Source of the DNA: a virus
Strand: one strand, 5' to 3'
IMG/VR virus record: IMGVR_UViG_3300027763_000001
Coordinates: 30,462 to 94,461 of that record
Length of the DNA: 64,000 nt
A program made the position numbers and the translations under genes. The notes beneath the pieces were generated by a model. The model did no database searches, was not told the origin of the DNA, and worked only from the letters and a program-made list of their open reading frames with translations. Positions 35,905 through 44,640 of the stretch are shown here, in pieces. Each line of letters opens with the position of its first letter. Within the stretch, counting starts at the first letter, position 1.

Positions 35905-36381
35905 ATGACCAGTCCAACTTCAACTACAACTAAGGCTGCTCTTTCTAACGAGCTGGAAATCTTCCAGGCCCGTGTGGCCTCACTGGAGGACCAGATCAGC
36001 ACCATGGAGCAGTGCGAGGTCCGCACCACCGTGTGGATCAACGACCGCATCACGACCGACACCACCCGCTCTGGCAAGAACCTGGTCAGATTCTCCGGAC
36101 AGAAGTCCGCCAGGAACCAGGACGGCACCCGCGTGTACGGTGCCTACTGGAACTTCGTCGCCTATGGCGACATGGCCGATCGCTTCGCCGAGCTGGCCGC
36201 CGACAACCAGAAGCTGGTGACCATCACCGCCTTCGAAAGCCCCTGGACGAACGGGGCGCGCAAGAGCGACTTCGTCGTCTTGAGCATCACCCCCTTCGCC
36301 CGTCCCGAAGCCGCCCCCGCCAGCGAGTCCGGCCCGGCTGAGAACTACGGAGACACCCACGGCGACGACATTCCGTTCTGA
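35905..36381 (+). CDS. Single-stranded DNA-binding protein-like (OB fold, DDIPF tail)
   Basis: TRSGKNLVRF...YWNFVAYGDMADRF and the C-terminal GDDIPF characteristic of bacterial SSB tails. Confidence 0.65.
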   Translation: MTSPTSTTTKAALSNELEIFQARVASLEDQISTMEQCEVRTTVWINDRITTDTTRSGKNLVRFSGQKSARNQDGTRVYGAYWNFVAYGDMADRFAELAADNQKLVTITAFESPWTNGARKSDFVVLSITPFARPEAAPASESGPAENYGDTHGDDIPF

Positions 36382-36407
36382 TTCCCCCGCCCCGCAGGGC
36401 GCACCCT

Positions 36408-36438
36408 GGGGCCCTGGTATTGCCGGGGCCCCTTTCTT
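36408..36438 (+). terminator. Terminator-like hairpin related to the leader repeats
   Basis: GGGGCCCTGGT-ATT-GCCGGGGCCCC-TTTCTT; the following TTTCTTCGTG matches R1. Confidence 0.6.
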
Positions 36439-36514
36439 CGTGCGACAGTGCGCGTTGTTGACCACTGTTGCACGCCCTTTACCTACCGAGACACAAGTGG
36501 CCTTCCTTCTTGCT

Positions 36515-36895
36515 ATGCCCAAACTCAAACTGCCCGCCGGTCAGCGCCTGGCTCAGGTCCTGGCGGGCGTCATCACTGTCGCTTTTTGGGTCTACGCCGC
36601 CGGGCGCTTCGCCCGCATCGGCTACGAATGGGCCCGCCCCCGCGTTGCCAAGGCGCTACATGCGTTGGCGATCGCCCTCGACGGAGGGCTGGCTTACCCG
36701 GACCAGCCGGAGCCGGATAGCGAGGCCGAGCTTCTTTGTGACTTCGGGACTCCGATGTACCGCAACGGCGTATCGGCGAGCTACGACCCCCCTGTTGCTG
36801 GCACCTTGTACCGCATGGCCACTGGGGAGCTGATCGCTTCTTCTCGCCCCCGCGCCCGCCAACGCAGGTCCCGGGCCGCTGCGGAGGCGACATGA
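36515..36895 (+). CDS. Hypothetical membrane protein
   Basis: ATG at 36515; TM segment. Confidence 0.55.
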   Translation: MPKLKLPAGQRLAQVLAGVITVAFWVYAAGRFARIGYEWARPRVAKALHALAIALDGGLAYPDQPEPDSEAELLCDFGTPMYRNGVSASYDPPVAGTLYRMATGELIASSRPRARQRRSRAAAEAT

Positions 36896-37203
36896 CCAGA
36901 GCCTCGCGCAGTCTCCGTTTCGCGGACGACCTCGCTAAGAACCCGGTCACTTGGCCGGGGCTCTACCCCCGGTACGGGGTGACCAGCGACGGGCAGGCGC
37001 TCTGCCCCGACTGCTGCCGGGCGGAGCGCTCGTTGATCGGCACCACCACCGGCTCTGACGGCTGGTGCATCCTCGACACTTCCGCCGCCTGGGGCGACTG
37101 CGACATCAGCTGCAGCAACTGCAGCGCAGCGATTTTCGAGGCCGCCGCCGACGCCATCGCTGGACCTCTTGTTCCGCAACTAAGCCTATGGAAACACTCT
37201 TAA
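36892..37203 (+). CDS. Cys-rich phage protein
   Basis: WPGLYP...DGQALCPDC...CSNC. Confidence 0.6.
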   Translation: MTRASRSLRFADDLAKNPVTWPGLYPRYGVTSDGQALCPDCCRAERSLIGTTTGSDGWCILDTSAAWGDCDISCSNCSAAIFEAAADAIAGPLVPQLSLWKHS

Positions 37204-37904
37204 TCGTCGACGTCGAGAGCACCGGCCTTGACCCCAGAAAGGACGCCCTGATCGAGGTCGGGGCCGTCCTGTTTGACATCAAACACCGGGCCGTCACGCA
37301 CCAATTCTCGGCCCTGCTGCCTACTCCGGTGAAGAACTCCGCTGAGCCCCTCAACGGGATCCCCGACCTTCTGCTGGAATCGAGCGTGGTCCATCGGCTG
37401 GACGGATGGGAGACCTGCTGCCTGCAGAGCTTTTACGACAAGGCCGATGCAGTGCTTGCGCACAAAGTCTCTTTCGACCGTCCGTGGCTGGAGCCGCTGC
37501 TCCGGACTGACGACAAGGGACAGCCCCGCAACTGGCCCCTCAAACCCTGGATCTGCACCCTGCAGGACGTCCGGTGGGCGTGCCCCGGACTCAAGGCCAA
37601 CCCGTCGCTGACCCGCCTGGCCCTGGCCCACGGCGTGCCGGTGTGGGCCGCCCACCGGGCCCTCACCGACTGCACTTACCTGGCCCAGGTGCTCGCCACC
37701 CGGGAAGACTTGCCCGGGCTGCTGCTGGATGCCCAGGCGCCCAAGGCCTTGTATTCAGCCGCAGTTCCCTACGAGCAGCGGCAGCTGGCCAAGGATGCCG
37801 GCTTCCTGTGGGAAGGCCATGACGTCCCAAAGGCCTGGACACGATGGCTGCGCGAGGACGAGATCTTCGGCCTGCCTTTCAAGGTGGCTCGTGTCGCTAG
37901 ATGA
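37188..37904 (+). CDS. DEDDh 3'-5' exonuclease (DnaQ/epsilon-like)
   Basis: IVDVESTGL (ExoI), LAHKVSFD (ExoII), AHRALTDC (ExoIII). Confidence 0.9.
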   Translation: METLLIVDVESTGLDPRKDALIEVGAVLFDIKHRAVTHQFSALLPTPVKNSAEPLNGIPDLLLESSVVHRLDGWETCCLQSFYDKADAVLAHKVSFDRPWLEPLLRTDDKGQPRNWPLKPWICTLQDVRWACPGLKANPSLTRLALAHGVPVWAAHRALTDCTYLAQVLATREDLPGLLLDAQAPKALYSAAVPYEQRQLAKDAGFLWEGHDVPKAWTRWLREDEIFGLPFKVARVAR

Positions 37905-38097
37905 ACCCCTCTACCTCGGCGACCTCTCCGCCGTGGACCCCGCCTACAGCCGCCACATGGTCTGCCACGAGTGCAATGTCTCGTGGACCGGGTGCTGGGA
38001 CAACTTCCAGTGCCCGCGCTGTGGCGAAGGTGATCTTCCCTCTTCCGACCTCCTGTTCCCTTCCCATGACACAAGACGAACTTTGGAACCTAGCTGA
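37891..38097 (+). CDS. Zinc-ribbon protein
   Basis: CHEC...CPRC; GTG start inferred. Confidence 0.5.
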   Translation: MSLDEPLYLGDLSAVDPAYSRHMVCHECNVSWTGCWDNFQCPRCGEGDLPSSDLLFPSHDTRRTLEPS

Positions 38098-38269
38098 TTG
38101 CGCTGCTAATCGCGCGGTAGGAGCCTATTCAAGCGGTGACAAGGACAGGGCTAATCGCGAATTTGACACCGCTGAAATGTACCAGCGGCAGCATAGTTAT
38201 ACTTTAGCTGATTATCCCGGCGGCTTGCACACAGTACCTGCTCACTTAATCAAGAAGGCCCGTGGCTAG
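38066..38269 (+). CDS. Hypothetical protein
   Basis: MTQDELWNLAD..., 67 aa. Confidence 0.5.
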   Translation: MTQDELWNLADCAANRAVGAYSSGDKDRANREFDTAEMYQRQHSYTLADYPGGLHTVPAHLIKKARG

Positions 38270-38309
38270 CGCCAACAGAGATTGCGATTCTTTGCCAGCA
38301 CTCCCCCAG

Positions 38310-38879
38310 ATGAAGCAAGTCTCTTACGACGAGCTTGTGCTCTACCTTTACCCCCAAATTCGCCAACAGTTTCGACTCGGGCGAAGGCCACCAAGCGCGA
38401 CGCACATTGTCGTGTTCCAAGGAAATGGCCCGGTTCCCGACACCACCAGCACTGCGCTCATACCCGTTGGCCCAGGCCTCAGGTTCCCGTCCCTCGAGGC
38501 CGCCCGCTCCAGCAGCTACAGCGACTACACGGCTCACCCGCTGCACCCTGTCGCTTACTACAAGATCCCCGCGAAGCGTCGTCCATTCCCCTGGGCTGAC
38601 TGGTTCGACGGCCGCATGGCCATTCGGAGCCTGCCAGCCGAGTGCGTCGCCGAGTGCTCGGCACCGGAGGCCGATGCCAGCGAGGCCGTTGACCACTGGG
38701 TCAGGGATCTCCGCTTCAAGGCCCCGCCCTGGCTGGTGCGCGAGTACCTGCGCGGGGGCGGGGGCTATGAGCCCTCGCAGCTGGTCGACCACCAGGCGAA
38801 CCTGCGTCGCCTGCTTTGGTCCTGGGCATGCGACTGCCGCGAAGCCGGGGTCAGCATGTCTCTTTATCTTTCGCGCTGA
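38310..38879 (+). CDS. Two-domain hypothetical protein
   Basis: N-domain paralogous to the next gene; C-domain ends NLRRLLWSWACD. Confidence 0.55.
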   Translation: MKQVSYDELVLYLYPQIRQQFRLGRRPPSATHIVVFQGNGPVPDTTSTALIPVGPGLRFPSLEAARSSSYSDYTAHPLHPVAYYKIPAKRRPFPWADWFDGRMAIRSLPAECVAECSAPEADASEAVDHWVRDLRFKAPPWLVREYLRGGGGYEPSQLVDHQANLRRLLWSWACDCREAGVSMSLYLSR

Positions 38880-38911
38880 CCAATTCACCCGATGCCCCTC
38901 CCTTTCCTCAA

Positions 38912-39223
38912 ATGAATCAAATCTCCTACGCCGAGCCGGAAGCCCACTTCGATCCCGAACTACGCAATCGCCTCAGGTTCCTTGCCGACATCCCCGGCGC
39001 CACCGCGATGGTGCTGTTCCGGAACCAGATGATCGATTCGAGCAGCGCCGACACCTGCATTGCAAGGCTCGTTGGCCCCGAGCGCAGCTGCACGACCCTT
39101 GAGCAGGCATACGCCAGCCACCTTGGCGACCTGCCGTCTCAGCGGCAGCAGGCTGTTGCTCACTGCTTGCTGCCTGTTGTGGCCGCTCCCTCCGACGAGC
39201 AGGCCCGGGCGGCGGCGAGTTGA
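38912..39223 (+). CDS. Hypothetical protein (paralogue of upstream N-domain)
   Basis: MNQISY...GATAMVLFRNQMIDSS...VGP. Confidence 0.55.
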   Translation: MNQISYAEPEAHFDPELRNRLRFLADIPGATAMVLFRNQMIDSSSADTCIARLVGPERSCTTLEQAYASHLGDLPSQRQQAVAHCLLPVVAAPSDEQARAAAS

Positions 39224-39249
39224 GCTGATCCCTGTTTTGTTTGATTCCA

Positions 39250-39510
39250 ATGCGCCATCTATCCATCCGTTCCATCACCGTCAAAGGGCGAGCCGTTTTC
39301 CAGTGCTCCATCTGCAAAGCCTTCGGCTCGGGCGACTCTGTCACCGAGGAAGTCGCCCGCCCTAAAGAGATCGCAAGCATCAAGCCTGATCCCAGCGCTA
39401 TGCCTATCGGCTGGAGTTCTAGCTCCGGCAACGACGGGCGCGGCGATCATCTTGCTTTTAAGTGCCCGAACCGTCGGGACAGCTCCGCCATTCGCATGAT
39501 CAACCTATGA
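39250..39510 (+). CDS. Hypothetical protein (CxxC)
   Basis: ATG at 39250. Confidence 0.5.
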   Translation: MRHLSIRSITVKGRAVFQCSICKAFGSGDSVTEEVARPKEIASIKPDPSAMPIGWSSSSGNDGRGDHLAFKCPNRRDSSAIRMINL

Positions 39511-39884
39511 ACACTCTCCCCTACCCGCCCCAGCCCCCGTTCCCCGAGCCAACGATCACTCGGATGATCGCTGATCGCGCGGATCTTCACGTCAAGATCG
39601 ACGCCCTGCTGCTTGAGTTTTACCGGCAATACCCAAGGCTTAGGCTTGACGCGAACCTGCGCACTAGCTGGAAAGAGCTTTGCGTCGACATCAAGGCTTG
39701 CCTTGAGACGTCCACTGTCGGCCACGGCGATATGAACAGCGTTCATGGAGCAATTGGCCAGCTAGAGCGTGACATAGCCAAACTTCTTCACCCCTTTGCG
39801 AAGAAGTATCCTCAAGCAAGCCTGGCCTTGGCCTTTGACCACATCAATGGCGAATACCAGGCCATCGTCTCTTTGTGCTTCTGA
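39507..39884 (+). CDS. Hypothetical protein
   Basis: ATGA overlap. Confidence 0.55.
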   Translation: MNTLPYPPQPPFPEPTITRMIADRADLHVKIDALLLEFYRQYPRLRLDANLRTSWKELCVDIKACLETSTVGHGDMNSVHGAIGQLERDIAKLLHPFAKKYPQASLALAFDHINGEYQAIVSLCF

Positions 39885-39886
39885 TC

Positions 39887-40117
39887 ATGGCCACTCAACC
39901 TGTCAAGCTCGTCTACTTCAAGCGCAGCGGCAAGTTTTACGAGCAAGGTGGACTCCAAGTCGACGCGGATCTCCCGCTCTTCGAGATCTGGGACCACGTC
40001 CGCGCCCTCCGAGCCCGAGGCCGCCTGCCCGGCTTGATCGACGGGGCCGGCAAAGAGTTCATCGTCTCCGTCGACGCCCCGGGCCACCGCCACGAACACC
40101 CACACCTGCTGACGTGA
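39887..40117 (+). CDS. Conserved phage hypothetical protein
   Basis: VKLVYFKRSGKFY...GRLPGL motif. Confidence 0.6.
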   Translation: MATQPVKLVYFKRSGKFYEQGGLQVDADLPLFEIWDHVRALRARGRLPGLIDGAGKEFIVSVDAPGHRHEHPHLLT

Positions 40118-40779
40118 TGAACAAGCCCGCCCACTTCTCCGCCCAGGTTCCGTTCGCGGGGTTTTATGAAACTTCGCACGACTCGCGCATCGACGAGGCC
40201 GAGGAGCAGATGTTCTCCGGCGATGACGGCGAGATTGTTTCCAGTGTCGCCTATGAGGCGTTCTGGAGCAATCTCAATTACGGCTCCGTTCACGAGAAAT
40301 ACGCCAAGGCCTACGTGGCCGCCCTGGCCCACGTCCTCAAGATCCCCCTCGACTACGAGGAGATGGTTTCACCCCGAGAGTACAACTTCACTACCGACCG
40401 CCTGTTCGCCAAGATCAGCCGCTCGGACTTCGCCAAGATGTTGCGTGCCGTCCGCGGCAAGCGCCTCAACGAGAAAGCCCTCGACCGGTTCACCAGCTGC
40501 TCCGGCTTCATCAGCTTCTACCCCAACCGCGTCAATCGTTGGGGGCGCATCGCTGACTGGGACTACAACCAGGTCGGTACCGTGCTCTCCTGCTACATCG
40601 ACCAGTTTTACGAGGAGGGCGACATCCCCAATGAGCTTGACATCGCCGAAGCGCATATTGACAGCTGCACGATCGAAGGCTGGCTCGCCGAAGCCGCCGA
40701 CGGCAGCTCACGCTCCAGCTGCGAAGCTTGGGCCGCCCTGTTCCTTAGCGGCCTCATTCGCAGGCGCGCCGAGGAGTGA
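40117..40779 (+). CDS. Conserved phage hypothetical protein
   Basis: PFAGFYE...SPREYNFTTDRLF...FTSCSGFISFY motif set. Confidence 0.7.
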   Translation: MNKPAHFSAQVPFAGFYETSHDSRIDEAEEQMFSGDDGEIVSSVAYEAFWSNLNYGSVHEKYAKAYVAALAHVLKIPLDYEEMVSPREYNFTTDRLFAKISRSDFAKMLRAVRGKRLNEKALDRFTSCSGFISFYPNRVNRWGRIADWDYNQVGTVLSCYIDQFYEEGDIPNELDIAEAHIDSCTIEGWLAEAADGSSRSSCEAWAALFLSGLIRRRAEE

Positions 40780-40821
40780 GGTGCGGTTTTTTCACGACCA
40801 TTCCATCCGCAAGTTAAGCCC

Positions 40822-41022
40822 ATGGCCAAATCCCAGATTCGCACCACTCCTGTCATCAGCCTCGAACTCTCCGCAGAAGAGGCCTATTGGCTCAAGTCCT
40901 ACCTGCAGAACTCCATCGGAGCGCACTTTGACCCTCCGAGCGACTACGAAAGACAGGAAGATCGCACCACTCGCATGGCGATCTTTGAGGCCCTACCTTC
41001 CTTTGACGACCTGATGACCTGA
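40822..41022 (+). CDS. Hypothetical protein
   Basis: 66 aa. Confidence 0.55.
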   Translation: MAKSQIRTTPVISLELSAEEAYWLKSYLQNSIGAHFDPPSDYERQEDRTTRMAIFEALPSFDDLMT

Positions 41023-41026
41023 ACCC

Positions 41027-41275
41027 ATGATCGAAACCACTTCGACAGTCACTACCAAAGTCACACTCGATGTCAGCGACAGCGACATCGAGCGCCTAGT
41101 GGAGGACCGCCTCCGCCGCCGGGGCCGCATCCCTAAGGATGCCAATGTCAACCTTGAGTGGCGGGGCAGCCAATGCCCCTACCTTCACGTCACCGTTGAG
41201 CATCAGCGGCCTGGGTCTGGCCCTTCGGCTTCAGACCACGACTGGGCCACTAAGCTCGACGACGCCCTTGCCTGA
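41027..41275 (+). CDS. Hypothetical protein
   Basis: 82 aa. Confidence 0.55.
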   Translation: MIETTSTVTTKVTLDVSDSDIERLVEDRLRRRGRIPKDANVNLEWRGSQCPYLHVTVEHQRPGSGPSASDHDWATKLDDALA

Positions 41276-41935
41276 TCACTGCCGTCCCATCGGCGAACCT
41301 TCCTCGTCTTCGGCGTCCAGAATCCCTGCCATCTCCAGCAGCGCCTGTCCCGCTTCGGTGAGCCCGAGTGCGCCAGCGCCGGCCGCGCCGGTCAGCCCGG
41401 CATAGGCCCCGCCCCGGGCGTAGGGGTTGGCGGCGAACGCATTGTTCGCATCAGCGAGCATGCCCTGCATCCTGCTTCCCATCGTCGGCGCCGCCACCGA
41501 ACGCAACTGGCCGACCTGGTTGGCCAGTTCGTACATCCGGCGCTGTTGATTCAGCCCGCTGAACACATTGCGCGCCGGCGCCTCGCCGGTGGCCATGCCT
41601 CGATCCATCAGCATCTGGATCAGCGCGTCCTTGCTGGCCCGCGATCCATCGGCAGGCATGCCGCCTGGACCGATCACGCTGGCCATTTTCGCCTGAGCCT
41701 GGCCCAGCGCGCTGTCGGCAGGCACTCGCCCCCGCCGCTGCTGCATCAGGTGATGAAGCAGTTCCGGGGCAAGCGCGTCGGCCTTCAACTGGCCAGACAT
41801 GATGGCCTCGCTCACGGCATTCACCTGCTCGGCGCTCATCTCGCCTTGACGGGCTCCGAAGCTGGCGGCCCGGTCCTTGGACTCATCGACGAACCGCTCG
41901 TCGATCTGCTTCAGCCAGTTGAGGACGCCGTTCAT
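41276..41935 (-). CDS. Counter-oriented Gly/Ala/Met-rich protein, probably late/virion
   Basis: Only clear minus-strand gene in the right arm; glycine-zipper C-terminus; late motif upstream. Confidence 0.7.
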   Translation of the reverse strand: MNGVLNWLKQIDERFVDESKDRAASFGARQGEMSAEQVNAVSEAIMSGQLKADALAPELLHHLMQQRRGRVPADSALGQAQAKMASVIGPGGMPADGSRASKDALIQMLMDRGMATGEAPARNVFSGLNQQRRMYELANQVGQLRSVAAPTMGSRMQGMLADANNAFAANPYARGGAYAGLTGAAGAGALGLTEAGQALLEMAGILDAEDEEGSPMGRQ

Positions 41936-41961
41936 GGCCTAAGAGGACCGACAATGCTTGC

Positions 41962-41972
41962 AGTCTAAGACC
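41962..41972 (-). promoter_or_regulatory. Candidate late promoter GGTCTTAGACT
   Basis: Exact match to 32920-32930, 26 nt upstream of the ATG at 41935. Confidence 0.55.
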
Positions 41973-41991
41973 CAACCTTTGAGGATTTTCC

Positions 41992-42411
41992 ATGGGAGTC
42001 AACTACTACTACAAGACCGACCGACGCTTCCTACTCGATCACTGCGAACCAGACGAGGACGGCCTGATTCACATCGGCAAGTCTTCGCACGGCTGGTGCT
42101 TCGCCCTTCACGTTTACCCTCCGCTGATCCGCACTCTCAACTGCTGGATCGAGGTGTGGGAGCTCGGCAAGTGCCTGATCACTGACGAGTACGGCTGCAA
42201 CATGACGCCCAAGGAGATGCACACCGTCATCACCGACCGCTCCCACCCGGAGCGCCCTGAACGGTTCACTTGGTTGATGTCGAGTGACCCGCTAGAGGAG
42301 AACTTCGCCGAGGTGGGGCCCAATGGTCTGCTGCGCCGCAAGATTGACGGCATCTACTGCGTCGGCCACGGCCTTGGCACCTGGGACGCGATGGTCGGGC
42401 AGTTCTCGTGA
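41992..42411 (+). CDS. Conserved phage hypothetical protein
   Basis: MGVNYY...HIGKSSHGWCF...ITDEYG motif. Confidence 0.7.
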   Translation: MGVNYYYKTDRRFLLDHCEPDEDGLIHIGKSSHGWCFALHVYPPLIRTLNCWIEVWELGKCLITDEYGCNMTPKEMHTVITDRSHPERPERFTWLMSSDPLEENFAEVGPNGLLRRKIDGIYCVGHGLGTWDAMVGQFS

Positions 42412-42593
42412 ACTGCTGCCATTGCGGACAGCCGATCCGACTCATCCCCAGCGCCACCGAGCGGGCTGCACGCTTCGGCGGCAAGCCCGCCGATTGCACC
42501 CGCCTCTTCGCTGCTCACCCCGACTGCGCCATCAGGCACCGGAACGAGGAGACGTCACAGCTTATCGAGAAACTGCGGCTTTCCTGCCCATGA
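42408..42593 (+). CDS. Hypothetical protein
   Basis: GTGA overlap. Confidence 0.5.
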   Translation: MNCCHCGQPIRLIPSATERAARFGGKPADCTRLFAAHPDCAIRHRNEETSQLIEKLRLSCP

Positions 42594-42868
42594 AGACCCT
42601 CGCCTTCGATTTCATCTCCGACCCCGGCCACGGCTGGGTCAAGGTCTCTTTTACCCAGTTGGTCCGCATCGTCGGGCCCGACTGGCGCTCCACATTCAGC
42701 TCCTGCTCTTTCGAGCGCGGAGAACACGCCTACCTCGAAGAGGACAGCGACGCCCCCCGCTTCGTGAAGGCCTGCCAAGCTGCCGGCATCGAGCCGCGGT
42801 GGCGCATGCGCTGCAGCGAGCGCGAGAGCCGCATTCGCAACTACCCAAGCCTGCAGACGAGCGCATGA
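42590..42868 (+). CDS. Conserved phage hypothetical protein
   Basis: DPGHGWVKV...AYLEEDSDA...SRIRNY motif. Confidence 0.7.
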   Translation: MKTLAFDFISDPGHGWVKVSFTQLVRIVGPDWRSTFSSCSFERGEHAYLEEDSDAPRFVKACQAAGIEPRWRMRCSERESRIRNYPSLQTSA

Positions 42869-43074
42869 GCCGCGATCCCTTCTATCAGAAGATGGTCGAT
42901 GACTTCTCCAACGGCAGATTCGATCTCCGTAGCCCTGAGAAAGTCCTGGAGGCTCTCGGCTGGATGCCTGAGTCCGAGGTCACCGACCGCGAGCGCTGCG
43001 CCATCCTGGCCGCCCTGCTCGGGGGCGTCCTTGACCACCTCAATACCCTGGAGGCCAAAGCCTCAGAGGGGTGA
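42865..43074 (+). CDS. Hypothetical protein
   Basis: ATGA overlap. Confidence 0.55.
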   Translation: MSRDPFYQKMVDDFSNGRFDLRSPEKVLEALGWMPESEVTDRERCAILAALLGGVLDHLNTLEAKASEG

Positions 43075-43138
43075 AGGTCGGGACAATGGTGCTGTGCATT
43101 TTTGTCCTACCTCCCATCCGTTCCCCCATCCCCTTCCA

Positions 43139-43510
43139 ATGACGTTCTTCCAGCAACTCACCCTTGGCCCCATCTCCCTGCGCGCTGGCGGCGGTGACAA
43201 CTGGTCCCAGTTCGACCTGGCATTCACCACCAACCGCAACGCCGGGCAAGCAGCCCGCGAAACTGCCATTCGCTTCGGCTTCAAGTCAGACCACCTGTTG
43301 GCCCTGGCCGGCACCGACAACGCCAACGACACCTACGTCACCCCAGAAGGTAAGACCGTCTACGGCAAGGTATCCATAACCCCCGGCGGCGCCGTCCACA
43401 TCCTCACCGCCCACCAGGTCTACGCCGAACAGGTTCACCAAGCCAACCTCAAGTCCAGTCTTCAGCTGGCTGACGAAAGCGTGGCTGGCCTCGTCGTTGC
43501 TGCCGCCTGA
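43139..43510 (+). CDS. Hypothetical protein
   Basis: Strong C-ending codon bias, 123 aa. Confidence 0.6.
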   Translation: MTFFQQLTLGPISLRAGGGDNWSQFDLAFTTNRNAGQAARETAIRFGFKSDHLLALAGTDNANDTYVTPEGKTVYGKVSITPGGAVHILTAHQVYAEQVHQANLKSSLQLADESVAGLVVAAA

Positions 43511-43594
43511 TCGCGGTTGGGTTGCCACGGGCCCGCCCTACTGGTGACCCGCCCGCCTGGGCAGGCCTATCCTCCTCCCAGGTTCTTTCAAGCA

Positions 43595-43831
43595 ATGGCC
43601 CTCCCCGCTCTCGACCCTGGATCCAGCGGCTGGAGGGCACGCTTTCGCGTTCTGACCAAGAAAGACAACCCTCTGCGCCTGCGAGTTCACGACTCCCTGC
43701 GCGGGATTGATTGTTTCTACGATTTCGAATCCCCCGAACAACTTCGTCACCATGTCAACCAACTCCGAGCCGGCTACACCGACCTCGCCCCCGACGGGAC
43801 TCTCTCGCCCGGATCCCACGCAAGGGCGTGA
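43595..43831 (+). CDS. Hypothetical protein
   Basis: ATG at 43595. Confidence 0.45.
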   Translation: MALPALDPGSSGWRARFRVLTKKDNPLRLRVHDSLRGIDCFYDFESPEQLRHHVNQLRAGYTDLAPDGTLSPGSHARA

Positions 43832-44405
43832 AGCGATCAAGCGGATCTACAGCGCTGCGATCAACCTCACCGCGCTCGACGCAGAGATCGGCAGTATTGC
43901 CGAGATGCTCTCCGACGAGGACCCCGAGGTCGTCGCCCAAGCCACGGCCGATCTTGAGATCCTGCTGGCCGGTCAGGAGGACTCTCAGCTCACCCTGATC
44001 GACCGTTGCGATACCGCCCTCTCTATTGCCGACGTCCTGATCGGTCAGGCCGCCATGCGCCGGGCCCAATCCAAGCGCCTCCAGGCCCTGGCCCAAGCCG
44101 ACGAAGCTCTGATTGAGCGCCTTCAGACAGCTTCAATCAAGCTCCTACGCCTGGCCCACCCAGGCCGGAACAGCATCTCACTGCCCATGCACGAGCTGAA
44201 GTCGCGCAAATCCCAGGCAGTCATCGTCAACGAGGACATCACCTCGGATGACTACGTCGACCCCGAGAAGCTCCCAGAGAAACTCCGGCGTGTCAAGTAC
44301 GAGCCGGACAAGACCGCCATCAAGGACTTCCTCAAGGCCGGTGGCGTCTACAAGGGCCTGGCGCTGGAGGATCGCCGCAGCTGGAGCATCGACGGCGCAA
44401 AGTGA
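43752..44405 (+). CDS. Siphovirus Gp157-family protein
   Basis: Long coiled-coil, then LKSRKSQAV...LPEKLRRVKYEPDKTAIKDFLKAG. Confidence 0.75.
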   Translation: MSTNSEPATPTSPPTGLSRPDPTQGREAIKRIYSAAINLTALDAEIGSIAEMLSDEDPEVVAQATADLEILLAGQEDSQLTLIDRCDTALSIADVLIGQAAMRRAQSKRLQALAQADEALIERLQTASIKLLRLAHPGRNSISLPMHELKSRKSQAVIVNEDITSDDYVDPEKLPEKLRRVKYEPDKTAIKDFLKAGGVYKGLALEDRRSWSIDGAK

Positions 44406-44638
44406 GCGTCATTATCTATCGAGCCCTGACAGCTCGATCTCCTGACATTTGCTCGGACCTCGTGACCGCCCTTTCAATCTCCCTCGCCGCAGTCTCCCTC
44501 GCCGCAGCCTCCCTCGCCGCTCTTGTCCTATTTCTCGCCAGCGCTGCCCGGGACAGCATCCTTAGACGCCGCCAGCGCGCTGACATGCGCCGCAGGCAGG
44601 CTGCTTTTTACCAGAATTGCCGTCCTCCCGGCCGCTAG
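44402..44638 (+). CDS. Small membrane protein
   Basis: TM helix followed by a basic tail. Confidence 0.4.
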   Translation: MSVIIYRALTARSPDICSDLVTALSISLAAVSLAAASLAALVLFLASAARDSILRRRQRADMRRRQAAFYQNCRPPGR

Positions 44639-44640
44639 CC

